From Deltaproteobacteria bacterium (GTDB lineage: Bacteria > Myxococcota > UBA727 > JABDBI01), in assembly GCA_016432245.1 (NCBI GenBank), contig CP066680.1, forward strand, positions 174,303-238,302: 64,000 nt of DNA. Direction: 5' to 3'. Positions within the stretch are counted from its first letter, which is position 1; each line of letters opens with the position of its first letter. The position numbers and the translations under genes were made by a program. This document shows, piece by piece, positions 8,501-16,717 of this stretch. The notes under the pieces were generated by a model, which saw only the letters and a list, made by a program, of their open reading frames with translations, searched no databases and was not told the DNA's origin.

Positions 8501-10567
8501 TTTTCTATTACCCAAATGATCGATATCATCAACTTCCGTGTCCCCCTTTCCAATCGATATTAAACGATTTAACGTGTTTAATATATCCTTTCGAGATAAT
8601 ACCCGGTCATCTAAAGAGGTATTTTGTTTAAATTTGTAATTAAATTTCAATCTACCAATCTCAGACAGATCATATTTTTCTGGATTAAAAAACGTATTAT
8701 GAAATTGCGAAATCGCTTCTTCCATAGTCAAATTTTCAGTATTTGGATTTATTCTTTTAACGATTTCACATACAGATTCTTCAAATCCAAGTAGCTTATC
8801 TGCGGCAAGCGAATTCCGAATACTTAACTCTTGAGCATCAAACAAGGGAATGTCTAACACTTTCAATGTTGTTATTCCTAATTTAAAAAGCCTTTCAAAT
8901 GTAAGCGCATCAATAACTTCATTCATCTCCAACGCTACTACATCCTCTTTCTCATGTAAAACATCTTCTGCTGAAACAAAATTTAATTCTGAAATATGTC
9001 CAAGGGTAAATTGAGTTAGTCCAAGTTTTTGTATTTCACAAGCAGCTGCATAAGTTATTACCTGTCCCTCTCTCAAAACAACTTCTCCTTCCCTATCGAT
9101 TATACAAACCGGTGTTTCTTGTCCAACAATGTCTTTATAATTAATTTCTCTATGCACGTACCCATTCTCATCCCAGAAAATAATCGTATTTCTATAAAAC
9201 ATATTTAAAAGGTTTTCTAAGGAATAACCCAATGCCTTTAAAAATACAGTTACTAAGAATTTTCTTTTTCGATCAATCCTACAATAAATTTGCTCTTTGT
9301 GGTCATATTCAAAATCCAACCATGAACCTTGAAAGGGAATAATCTTGGCATTATAAACAGCTTTATCTTCTTTATTGTGTCTAACCACTTCTGCATCAAA
9401 AAAAATACCAGGACTTCTGTGCAACTGCGAAACAATCACTCGCTCTGTACCATTTATAATAAAAGTCCCTTGTTCTGTCATCATTGGAATGTCTCCAAAA
9501 AAAACTGTTTGTTCTTTCACAACTTTTACGTTTTCATTATCCCCCCAAATATCTCCATCTACAAAAACGTTTTCCTTTAAAGTTTTTTCTCTTCCTGCAT
9601 CGCCTATATGTATCTTGCAACTTTCCACTGAAATGCTTTCATCCTTCAAAAAACAACTCTTTTCAATAACTTCTTCATCAAACCCTTGCAAATCCATATT
9701 TTGCAATAATGCTTCTCCATCGCATTCTAAGTATGCAGACTGAAAGAAAAAATCAAAAGATCCTTTTGATTCACTTGTATCTTGCCTAAAGTTCTCACTG
9801 TCATCTTTTGTTCCTTCTTCTATGTCAACTTTTGCCTTTAGAAATTCAAACTCTTCTTCCAAATCTAAAATCCAAGCTTCTTCTAGATGCATAATAGGTG
9901 ATGCTAAAAATTGAAGTATTCGCTTTTTCCTATCTTCTCTGTCTAAAAGTATATCTTCTTCTTTTTCTTTATCCGCAAATTCATAATCCTCTTCTGAATC
10001 TAATTCATTAAAATCAGTCTCTTGCGCCTCCTCTGCTTCTCTGAATTCCTTATGCCAATTAGCGTGCTCTATATTTTTCTCTATAGATTCTCCATCTTCG
10101 GGCAATATTTTGGCACTTTCCTCAATCTTTTTTAAAATTTCATCTTCCCATTCTGTATATTTTACTTCCTCACCCAAAGAATTTCGGCTGCCATCTATGG
10201 GTTCTTCGCTTTCTTGTTCAAGTTTTGCTTTATTCCAAAGCTCCAACCTAAATCGAACATAAAGAGGAGCTTCAAACGTTAATCCTTTCTCTCGACATTC
10301 TTTCACTGTACAGAGTGGCTCTCCTACTGTGTATCCCAAATATTCAACTCGAGCTGTGCCCTCCGAATTTTCTATTGGAAAAACTGACTCAAAAGCAGCT
10401 TGAAGCCCAGTTTTTTTTCGCTCAGCCCACTCGCTTTGTGTTTGTAAAAATTTCTCAAAGCTTTTTTTTTGAATATCCAATAAGTGAGGCATCGAAAGAT
10501 CTCCACAGAATGGTGCAAATCTTTTCCGAACAGTAAACGGTAATCGTTCAGAGAGTTTGTTTATCAT
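5534..10567 (-). CDS. rpoB: DNA-directed RNA polymerase subunit beta, with a large acidic insertion and an acidic C-terminal tail
   Basis: [58 protein letters not shown] and [12 protein letters not shown] blocks. AGGAG lies 6 nt upstream of the ATG at 10567. 1677 aa, against about 1340 in E. coli. Confidence 0.95.
   Translation of the reverse strand: [1677 protein letters not shown]
5591..5617 (-). repeat. 9-nt tandem repeat (GAAGACGAG x2 plus GAAGGCGAT) inside the rpoB acidic tail
   Basis: The + strand reads gccttcctc gtcttcctc gtcttctcc. On the coding strand it encodes EDEEDEEGD. Confidence 0.8.
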
Positions 10568-10577
10568 TATTAGTCTC

Positions 10578-10600
10578 CTGAATTTTAATTATAAATTCAG
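10578..10600 (-). other. 8-bp hairpin in the rpoB 5' leader, abutting the Shine-Dalgarno sequence
   Basis: ctgaattt / taattat / aaattcag is a perfect inverted repeat. On the minus strand its 3' arm (AAATTCAG) runs directly into GAG of the AGGAG ribosome-binding site. Confidence 0.3.
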
Positions 10601-10686
10601 TTAAAACAATATAGTTAAAACTAATAGAAATCAAGCATTCGCCTTAGAAAATCACTAAATAATTTATTCGCAAGCGTAACCATGAG

Positions 10687-11817
10687 GTGTTATTATGCAA
10701 AAGAGCAACCCTTGTCTTAAATCAAGCATTAATCCACAATTATGCCATGCGCATATCTTTAAAAAATCTAAACACATCTCTTTATGCCACCTTGATTGGT
10801 ATGACATCACAAGGGATGTTCTTAAACCGCTTTAATATGGAAACTTTCTTAAAGATCCTCACTATAAAGACGCATATACTATACACACACATTGCACTGC
10901 TCTCTATCTTAAAGTTACTTCCCATAAATTTTTCCCTCAAAAAAATACACTACCAATCTTTAAGGGCAATTCGTGCAAATAATAAGTTTATTCAAATTTT
11001 TAATGAAACTCTTTTCTTTCACTTATGCGATTCGACATGGCGTCTGCATCCATTTTATGAGAATCAATACACTCACTCATCTAGGATTTCTTGCAATAAC
11101 CCAAATTTGCAAAGCTTTCCTTCAAAAAACAAATTTCAATCATGCCTCTTCCCCAAATATACAAATTCAATTATTTTAGGAGACTTCTCATCGTTTGAAC
11201 TTAGAATCTTAGCTCACCTTTCTCAAGATAAAAAATTCATAACAATATTCAATTCAAATTTGGATCCTCATAACATAGTATCCATGACGCTTTTTGGATC
11301 GACTAAACACAGAGAAATCGCTAAAGAAATTACTTATGCGATACTTTACGGAATGAGCACAGCATCTCTATCAAGAAAAATATCAGTGTCACAATCAGAA
11401 GCTAATAAATTCATTTCCCATTTTTTTCAAACCTATCCCGCCATTCATGTCTTTCTAACAAAAATACAAAAAACAAGCATGTCAAGTAACTTTTCCAAAA
11501 CATTGTTAGGCCATCCATATAAAATAAACCCCTTAATCGCTCCAGCCTTAAAAAACATTCCAATTCAAGGTACTGCTGCCGAAATTATAAAAGCCACCTT
11601 AATAAATCTCGACTTCTCGCTTTCACGCTTTTATAAATCATTTCTTGTAAACATGTTACATGACGAAGTCATTATTGAATGTTCAATCAAAGACGTTGAT
11701 ACTCTCCTTCCAATTATAAAATCAATAATGGAAAATACAGAGCGTACAATCCTGACCTCAGTTGCCCCAAAAGCTACTATAAAAACCATCTATAACACTC
11801 AATCGTCATTTATATAA
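10687..11817 (+). CDS. polA: DNA polymerase I family A, polymerase (thumb/fingers/palm) domain only
   Basis: Motif A GDFSSFELRILAHLS, motif B REIAKEITYAILYGMS, motif C MLHDEVIIEC, NPNLQSFP and PIQGTAAEIIK blocks. Only 376 aa. It starts (GTG 10687) 119 nt from the divergent rpoB start, leaving no room for 5'-nuclease or 3'-5' exonuclease domains. Confidence 0.8.
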   Translation: MLLCKRATLVLNQALIHNYAMRISLKNLNTSLYATLIGMTSQGMFLNRFNMETFLKILTIKTHILYTHIALLSILKLLPINFSLKKIHYQSLRAIRANNKFIQIFNETLFFHLCDSTWRLHPFYENQYTHSSRISCNNPNLQSFPSKNKFQSCLFPKYTNSIILGDFSSFELRILAHLSQDKKFITIFNSNLDPHNIVSMTLFGSTKHREIAKEITYAILYGMSTASLSRKISVSQSEANKFISHFFQTYPAIHVFLTKIQKTSMSSNFSKTLLGHPYKINPLIAPALKNIPIQGTAAEIIKATLINLDFSLSRFYKSFLVNMLHDEVIIECSIKDVDTLLPIIKSIMENTERTILTSVAPKATIKTIYNTQSSFI

Positions 11818-11831
11818 TATACTTCTAATTA

Positions 11832-11905
11832 TCGGAATAACAGGATTTGAACCTGCGACCTCTTGATCCCGAACCAAGCGCTCTACCAAACTGAGCTATA
11901 TTCCG
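11832..11905 (-). tRNA. tRNA-Pro (anticodon CGG)
   Basis: Cloverleaf read by hand: CGGAATA acceptor stem, GCTC/GAGC D stem, anticodon loop TTCGGGA, T arm GCAGG-TTCAAAT-CCTGT. No encoded CCA. Confidence 0.85.
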
Positions 11906-11936
11906 TCTCTGATTTTTTTTATTTAACAATTTTTCC

Positions 11937-11965
11937 TTGATATTTTTTTTATAATTTCATATCAT
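11937..11965 (+). promoter_or_regulatory. Sigma70-like promoter for tRNA-Leu(TAA)
   Basis: TTGATA (11937..11942), 17-nt spacer, TATCAT (11960..11965). The tRNA 5' end is at 11981. Confidence 0.45.
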
Positions 11966-11980
11966 ACCTTAGTAGACTAT

Positions 11981-12060
11981 GCCGGGGTGGCGGAATGGTA
12001 GACGCAGACGACTTAAAATCGTCCGGATTTTCCTTGCGGGTTCAAGTCCCGCTTCCGGCA
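11981..12060 (+). tRNA. tRNA-Leu (anticodon TAA)
   Basis: GCCGGGG acceptor stem, anticodon arm GACGA-CTTAAAA-TCGTC, long variable arm, T arm GCGGG-TTCAAGT-CCCGC. Confidence 0.9.
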
Positions 12061-12885
12061 TAAAAGATCTATCATGTGCCTTCTTTTTTCCATATCGAAA
12101 GAAGATACAAGTTTAATCTTCTCTAAAGAAAGCTCTACGCTTAACTGCATCCCTTTAGCCAATGAAAAACTACAATAATTTCCATCAATAAAAACAGCAA
12201 TATCATGGTCAGGTGATAATATATATATTTTTTCTGCAGCTTTTAATATCCCACTTGCTAACAGATATTCACCTCTATTCATATTCCATAATCCTGTCGC
12301 CAACCACTGCAAATAAGAACACTTTATTCCAATTTTTTCTCCACCAAAATCCCTTATAATTCCTGTACTGCCACATGGCGTTGATATAATTAAACTAGTG
12401 CATTTAAATTGCTCCTTTAAGCACCCAAAATTTACCTCTAAAGTCAATAAGCCCATCTTATTTTTTTTTACTAGCATAATATCATTGCATGCACTATGCC
12501 CCACCAACAATGTATCACTACTTACTTTAATTCTAACCAATTCTAACGGATAGAGCTTTAATCCTATAATATCATTAAAAATTTCCTTAAAATTTAATTT
12601 ATTCGCCACGCATAAGCCACCAACTGATTTTTCCAAATTTGAATTCACACCAATAACTATTTGGCCAGATACATAATGACAAACTCCAAGCAATGTACCA
12701 TCTCCTCCCACCGTTATAATAATATCATACTGCGCTAGTCTTGCTGTACTTACAACCTTATCTCTTGAAACAATTGAATATATCACCTTTGCATCATTCA
12801 ACACCTTTATCACTATGGATAAACAGTCCTCCACTTGGTCTCCCTCTCCTTCGTAAAAAATTACACATACTTTATCCATTTGCAT
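12013..12885 (-). CDS. nadK: NAD kinase
   Basis: YDIIITVGGDGTLLGV (GGDG motif) and STPCGSTG block, typical length. The last 16 codons run antisense through tRNA-Leu(TAA). Confidence 0.75.
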   Translation of the reverse strand: MQMDKVCVIFYEGEGDQVEDCLSIVIKVLNDAKVIYSIVSRDKVVSTARLAQYDIIITVGGDGTLLGVCHYVSGQIVIGVNSNLEKSVGGLCVANKLNFKEIFNDIIGLKLYPLELVRIKVSSDTLLVGHSACNDIMLVKKNKMGLLTLEVNFGCLKEQFKCTSLIISTPCGSTGIIRDFGGEKIGIKCSYLQWLATGLWNMNRGEYLLASGILKAAEKIYILSPDHDIAVFIDGNYCSFSLAKGMQLSVELSLEKIKLVSSFDMEKRRHMIDLLCRKRDLNPQGKSGRF

Positions 12886-12894
12886 TATTTTTTT

Positions 12895-14922
12895 TTACCT
12901 TCTTAAATTTCCTTCCAGTTTCCTAAAAACGATATTGACTATCCACTTCATAAATATTAAAGCATCTTTTTCTAGCAGGGTCTTTTTCCAACACCTAAAA
13001 AAGAAAGAAAAAGATAACGACCTATTGCCTGCTTCTCTAAAGCCAAAAGAGTCAAAGATATCAAAGATTTCTACACTCTCTAACATCGGATTTAACCTAG
13101 AAATCCACTGTAATACTCTTTGTATCTCACAAATCGCAATCGAATTAATGAAAACAATTGAAAGATCCCTCCTAATACCTGGATACTTAACTAGCTGCTC
13201 GTATACTTGCGAAACACTACATTGTGCAATTAAATCTGTAAAAATCTCAAAACAACAATATTTCTCAATCTTTTTCATGAAAATAAAACCAACAACTCCA
13301 ACAAAGGATCTGCCTATATAGATTTCTTCACCATAAAAACTTTCTAAATACCTTTTTTTTATACTAGGTGAAAAGTTTATTACTATTGATCTGAAATTAA
13401 AAAACATAATTATTATATTCTTTAATTCATTATCCTTAAAACTATCTGAGATTCCTGATATGCTCCTATACTCTTGTACATAGCTGTCTCTACATAGATC
13501 ATTTTCATTTAATTTTTCAGACAGATAACTTAATCGATACTTCTTTTGAAAAAAAACATTTCCATGCTCAAATAATGAAATACCACAATTTCCATGCTCT
13601 CTATTTAAAGTCAATGTCTCGATTAATCCTACTAGTAAATTTGGCCGCATTAGAGATGTACTTTTCCCTAATGGATTTATTAAAAATACCCCATAAAAAT
13701 CAAGTAAGTTTCCTTGAATAGGCGCAACAAATGAATAATTAATAACTTCAAAAAAACCAGAAAAGCAAAAAAATGTCCCATACTCTCTTTCTTTTGATAA
13801 AATAATATCTCTACCTAAATATCTTTTTATAGGCATGACAGGAAGCGTATCCAATCCTACAATCTTTATAATTTCCTCTGCTATATCGACAGCATTTTGA
13901 ACATCAACCCTAAATAACGAAACTTCAAAATAAAAAATATTATCACTTCTATGCACAAGATCAATACCAATAACTTTTAATTTAGCTTGCACTTTAAATA
14001 GATTTATAAGACCACCCTGAATTCCAACAAACTCTAAAAACCACCTCCAATTTAAAGGAATTATAATTTTGCTCTCTTCATACAACAACTCCGTTACATT
14101 ACGTTTATTACAATTATTATTATGCTTTTTCCATGCCATAAAAATATTCAATATCCTAAAAAGTGCATACTTAAATCCTTTACTATCTGCCAATCCTCTT
14201 TCAAACTTATCAAACATATCAGTTTTAATGTTAAAAGTTGTATTTCTCTTTCTCATCCAACCTATATCTAAACAAGCTCCTACAAGCAATATCAAATCTT
14301 CTGCTTTATCTGAAGAAAAGAAAGAATTTACTACAAACCCCAACACGCTTAAAATATCCTTTCCAGCTGTCATCAAAACATCTCCTGCAGACAAACTATA
14401 TACAATCCCGTTTTCGGCCTGAAGAGTTTCTGTTAGACATGCATTTCTTACTTGTATTACTTTCTTACTTGACACCCCCATACTCTGTATAGGACACCCT
14501 GCCTCATAACTAATATAAATTAAAACATCGTTTACAAAGTTTGCAGATAAGAAATCAATAGAAGCTAAACGATTTATTAGCCATATGCAACTATGCATTT
14601 GTTTATTTTTTTCAATCCTAGCCCATATACAGTATTCAAGATTATGTACAGAATCATAGCTTACCGTGTTTGTAAAATATTGATCAGTTCTCTCCTGCGC
14701 AATTTCCCAAAACCATGATGATGCAATTTCTCTTGCTATCCCAATTACGCACAGCAAATCCCCCCTATTCGCTGGTATACAAAATTCCAACATTAAACTT
14801 TCTTCATAAAAAAAAAAACAATCGATCTCCATGCCCATAATCGAAACTTTTTCAATCAAATCTTTAAGATGAAGAGGTGGCAATAATGCAAACACTTGCA
14901 AATCTTGTATACAAGCTCTCAT
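12895..14922 (-). CDS. pheT: Phenylalanyl-tRNA synthetase beta subunit (short form lacking the N-terminal OB/tRNA-binding domain)
   Basis: Sits directly downstream of pheS. Has IPANRGDLLCVIGIAREIA (equivalent of the TPNRxDxLS block) and a C-terminal FDIFDS...LSFSFFFR anticodon-binding-like domain. 675 aa, against about 795 in E. coli. Confidence 0.85.
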   Translation of the reverse strand: MRACIQDLQVFALLPPLHLKDLIEKVSIMGMEIDCFFFYEESLMLEFCIPANRGDLLCVIGIAREIASSWFWEIAQERTDQYFTNTVSYDSVHNLEYCIWARIEKNKQMHSCIWLINRLASIDFLSANFVNDVLIYISYEAGCPIQSMGVSSKKVIQVRNACLTETLQAENGIVYSLSAGDVLMTAGKDILSVLGFVVNSFFSSDKAEDLILLVGACLDIGWMRKRNTTFNIKTDMFDKFERGLADSKGFKYALFRILNIFMAWKKHNNNCNKRNVTELLYEESKIIIPLNWRWFLEFVGIQGGLINLFKVQAKLKVIGIDLVHRSDNIFYFEVSLFRVDVQNAVDIAEEIIKIVGLDTLPVMPIKRYLGRDIILSKEREYGTFFCFSGFFEVINYSFVAPIQGNLLDFYGVFLINPLGKSTSLMRPNLLVGLIETLTLNREHGNCGISLFEHGNVFFQKKYRLSYLSEKLNENDLCRDSYVQEYRSISGISDSFKDNELKNIIIMFFNFRSIVINFSPSIKKRYLESFYGEEIYIGRSFVGVVGFIFMKKIEKYCCFEIFTDLIAQCSVSQVYEQLVKYPGIRRDLSIVFINSIAICEIQRVLQWISRLNPMLESVEIFDIFDSFGFREAGNRSLSFSFFFRCWKKTLLEKDALIFMKWIVNIVFRKLEGNLRR

Positions 14923-14934
14923 AATAAAACTCCT

Positions 14935-15948
14935 TTAAAATTGCGATAAAAATTTTATATTATTATTATAAAAAAAACGAATATCTGGGATTAAGTATTT
15001 CAACATAGAAACCCTCTCTACGCCAATCCCAATAGCTAACCCTGTATGCTCTTTTTCGTTCAATCCTACATTTTTTAATACTGTAGGGTGTACCATTCCA
15101 CTACCAAGAACCTCTATCCATCCTGTCATTTTACACAAAAAACAGCCATGCTTGCGACAATTAAAACATTCAATATCAACTTCAAAAGAAGGTTCCGTAA
15201 ATGGAAAAAAACTATTGCGAAACCTTTTCTCTACTTTAAAAGGAAAAAGTTGTTCGATTAAAAAAAAAAGAAGACTTTTTAAATCAACTAACGATACTTT
15301 TTTATCAACATATAAAATTTCAATTTGATGAAACATTGGAGAATGCGTTGAATCTTGATCGTGTCTATATACTTTCCCCATACAACATATTTTGATTGGA
15401 ATCTCCTTACTAGAAAACATTGTACGAACCTGTATGGGACTTGTTTGTGTCCTCAGCACTACCCCTGGTAACACATAAAAAGTATCCTGCAACTTTCTCG
15501 CTGGATGAAATTCTGATATATTTAGTGAATCAAAATTATAATATTCATATTCTATCTCAGGTCCACTAACAACTCGAAACCCTATTGTTTGCAAATTCTT
15601 AAGAATATCACACCCCACTTGCGTTAAAAGGTGAAACTTCCCACCGTTCAACTTTTCATTTTTTATTATAGCAATTTCTGCGATTTTTTTATCTTTTTCA
15701 TTAAAACGTAATAGATTCAATTCTCGTTTTTTTTCGTCTATTTTATTCCGAATCGAATCACGAATAATATTTATCCTTATCCCCATTTCTCTCTTCTCAA
15801 GATGGGTTAAATCTTTCATTGATCGCAAAATTTCAGTTAATTTACCTTTCTTTCCTAAATAAAAAGATTTTATCTTATCTAGATCTGCCACAGATAAACA
15901 AGCTGATACATCTAATATGGCTCGTTGTTCAATCTCATTCTCCCTCAT
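14935..15948 (-). CDS. pheS: Phenylalanyl-tRNA synthetase alpha subunit
   Basis: Class II motifs: LRTQTSPIQVR, KVYRHDQDSTHSPMFHQIE and GLAIGIGVERVSML. Confidence 0.95.
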   Translation of the reverse strand: MRENEIEQRAILDVSACLSVADLDKIKSFYLGKKGKLTEILRSMKDLTHLEKREMGIRINIIRDSIRNKIDEKKRELNLLRFNEKDKKIAEIAIIKNEKLNGGKFHLLTQVGCDILKNLQTIGFRVVSGPEIEYEYYNFDSLNISEFHPARKLQDTFYVLPGVVLRTQTSPIQVRTMFSSKEIPIKICCMGKVYRHDQDSTHSPMFHQIEILYVDKKVSLVDLKSLLFFLIEQLFPFKVEKRFRNSFFPFTEPSFEVDIECFNCRKHGCFLCKMTGWIEVLGSGMVHPTVLKNVGLNEKEHTGLAIGIGVERVSMLKYLIPDIRFFYNNNIKFLSQF

Positions 15949-15966
15949 AAAAACCCTAACTTTATT

Positions 15967-16302
15967 TCATGAAACAAGAGATTTTACTATATCACAATTT
16001 CCCATTACTAAATTCGATAGTACTTGCCTATTTAATAGTAATCCTTTTTCTTTCAGTCTTAACATAAATTTACTGTAACTAAATCCATATTTTCGCACTG
16101 CCGCATTTATTCTAATAATCCAAAGTCTTCGAAAATATCTTTTTTTTGCCTTCCTATCTCGATAATTATATACAAGTGCTTTCTCTAAGCTTTCTATCGC
16201 AGTCCTATATAACCTATTCCGTGTCCCCTGATAGCCTGACACCATTTTAATAGTACGTTTATGTCTTTTATGAGTTTTATATCCACTCGTCACTCTAACC
16301 AT
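15967..16302 (-). CDS. rplT: 50S ribosomal protein L20
   Basis: YRDRKAKKRYFRRLWIIRINAAVR is the L20 signature. Lies in the infC-rpmI-rplT order. Confidence 0.95.
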   Translation of the reverse strand: MVRVTSGYKTHKRHKRTIKMVSGYQGTRNRLYRTAIESLEKALVYNYRDRKAKKRYFRRLWIIRINAAVRKYGFSYSKFMLRLKEKGLLLNRQVLSNLVMGNCDIVKSLVS

Positions 16303-16430
16303 ATAATCTCCTCTAAATAATAATATTTACACTATTTATTGTATAAAATAAACTATTAAATGTACACTCCAACACCATCCATTTAATATCTTATTTATCA
16401 TTTATATTATAACTTGCCCAACTAAGAAGC

Positions 16431-16652
16431 TTATAAGTATGGAATTAGCCTCTTAATCCGCACCGCTTGTCCACTTGTTATATGTTTAATCTTTGCAAGT
16501 CGTCTTTTTCTCTTTCTATTTTTATTGCTCAAACAATGAGACTTCCCCTTTGAAGAAATTTTAATTTCACCATACGCATTAAGTCTCATACGCTTTGATG
16601 CTGCCTTCTTAGTTTTCATCTTAATTTTTTTTAATCTTAAATTTTTATTCAT
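16431..16652 (-). CDS. rpmI: 50S ribosomal protein L35
   Basis: MKTKKAASKRMRL...KRKRRL is an L35 pattern. AGGA lies 7 nt upstream of the ATG at 16652. An internal ATG at 16619 would give the more typical 62-aa length. Confidence 0.85.
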   Translation of the reverse strand: MNKNLRLKKIKMKTKKAASKRMRLNAYGEIKISSKGKSHCLSNKNRKRKRRLAKIKHITSGQAVRIKRLIPYL

Positions 16653-16717
16653 TTTTTCATCCTACTTTTTTTAACATAATTCTGCAAGATCTCTCTTAAC
16701 ATGTGCTAATCTTTTTC

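Noticed and set aside
15946-15969. The rplT TGA is in the same frame as the pheS ATG, with only six sense codons between them, suggesting a read-through fusion.
   Set aside because: A one-in-three frame coincidence over a 6-codon gap. L20 ends at its normal length and PheS has its own start. Nothing else supports recoding.
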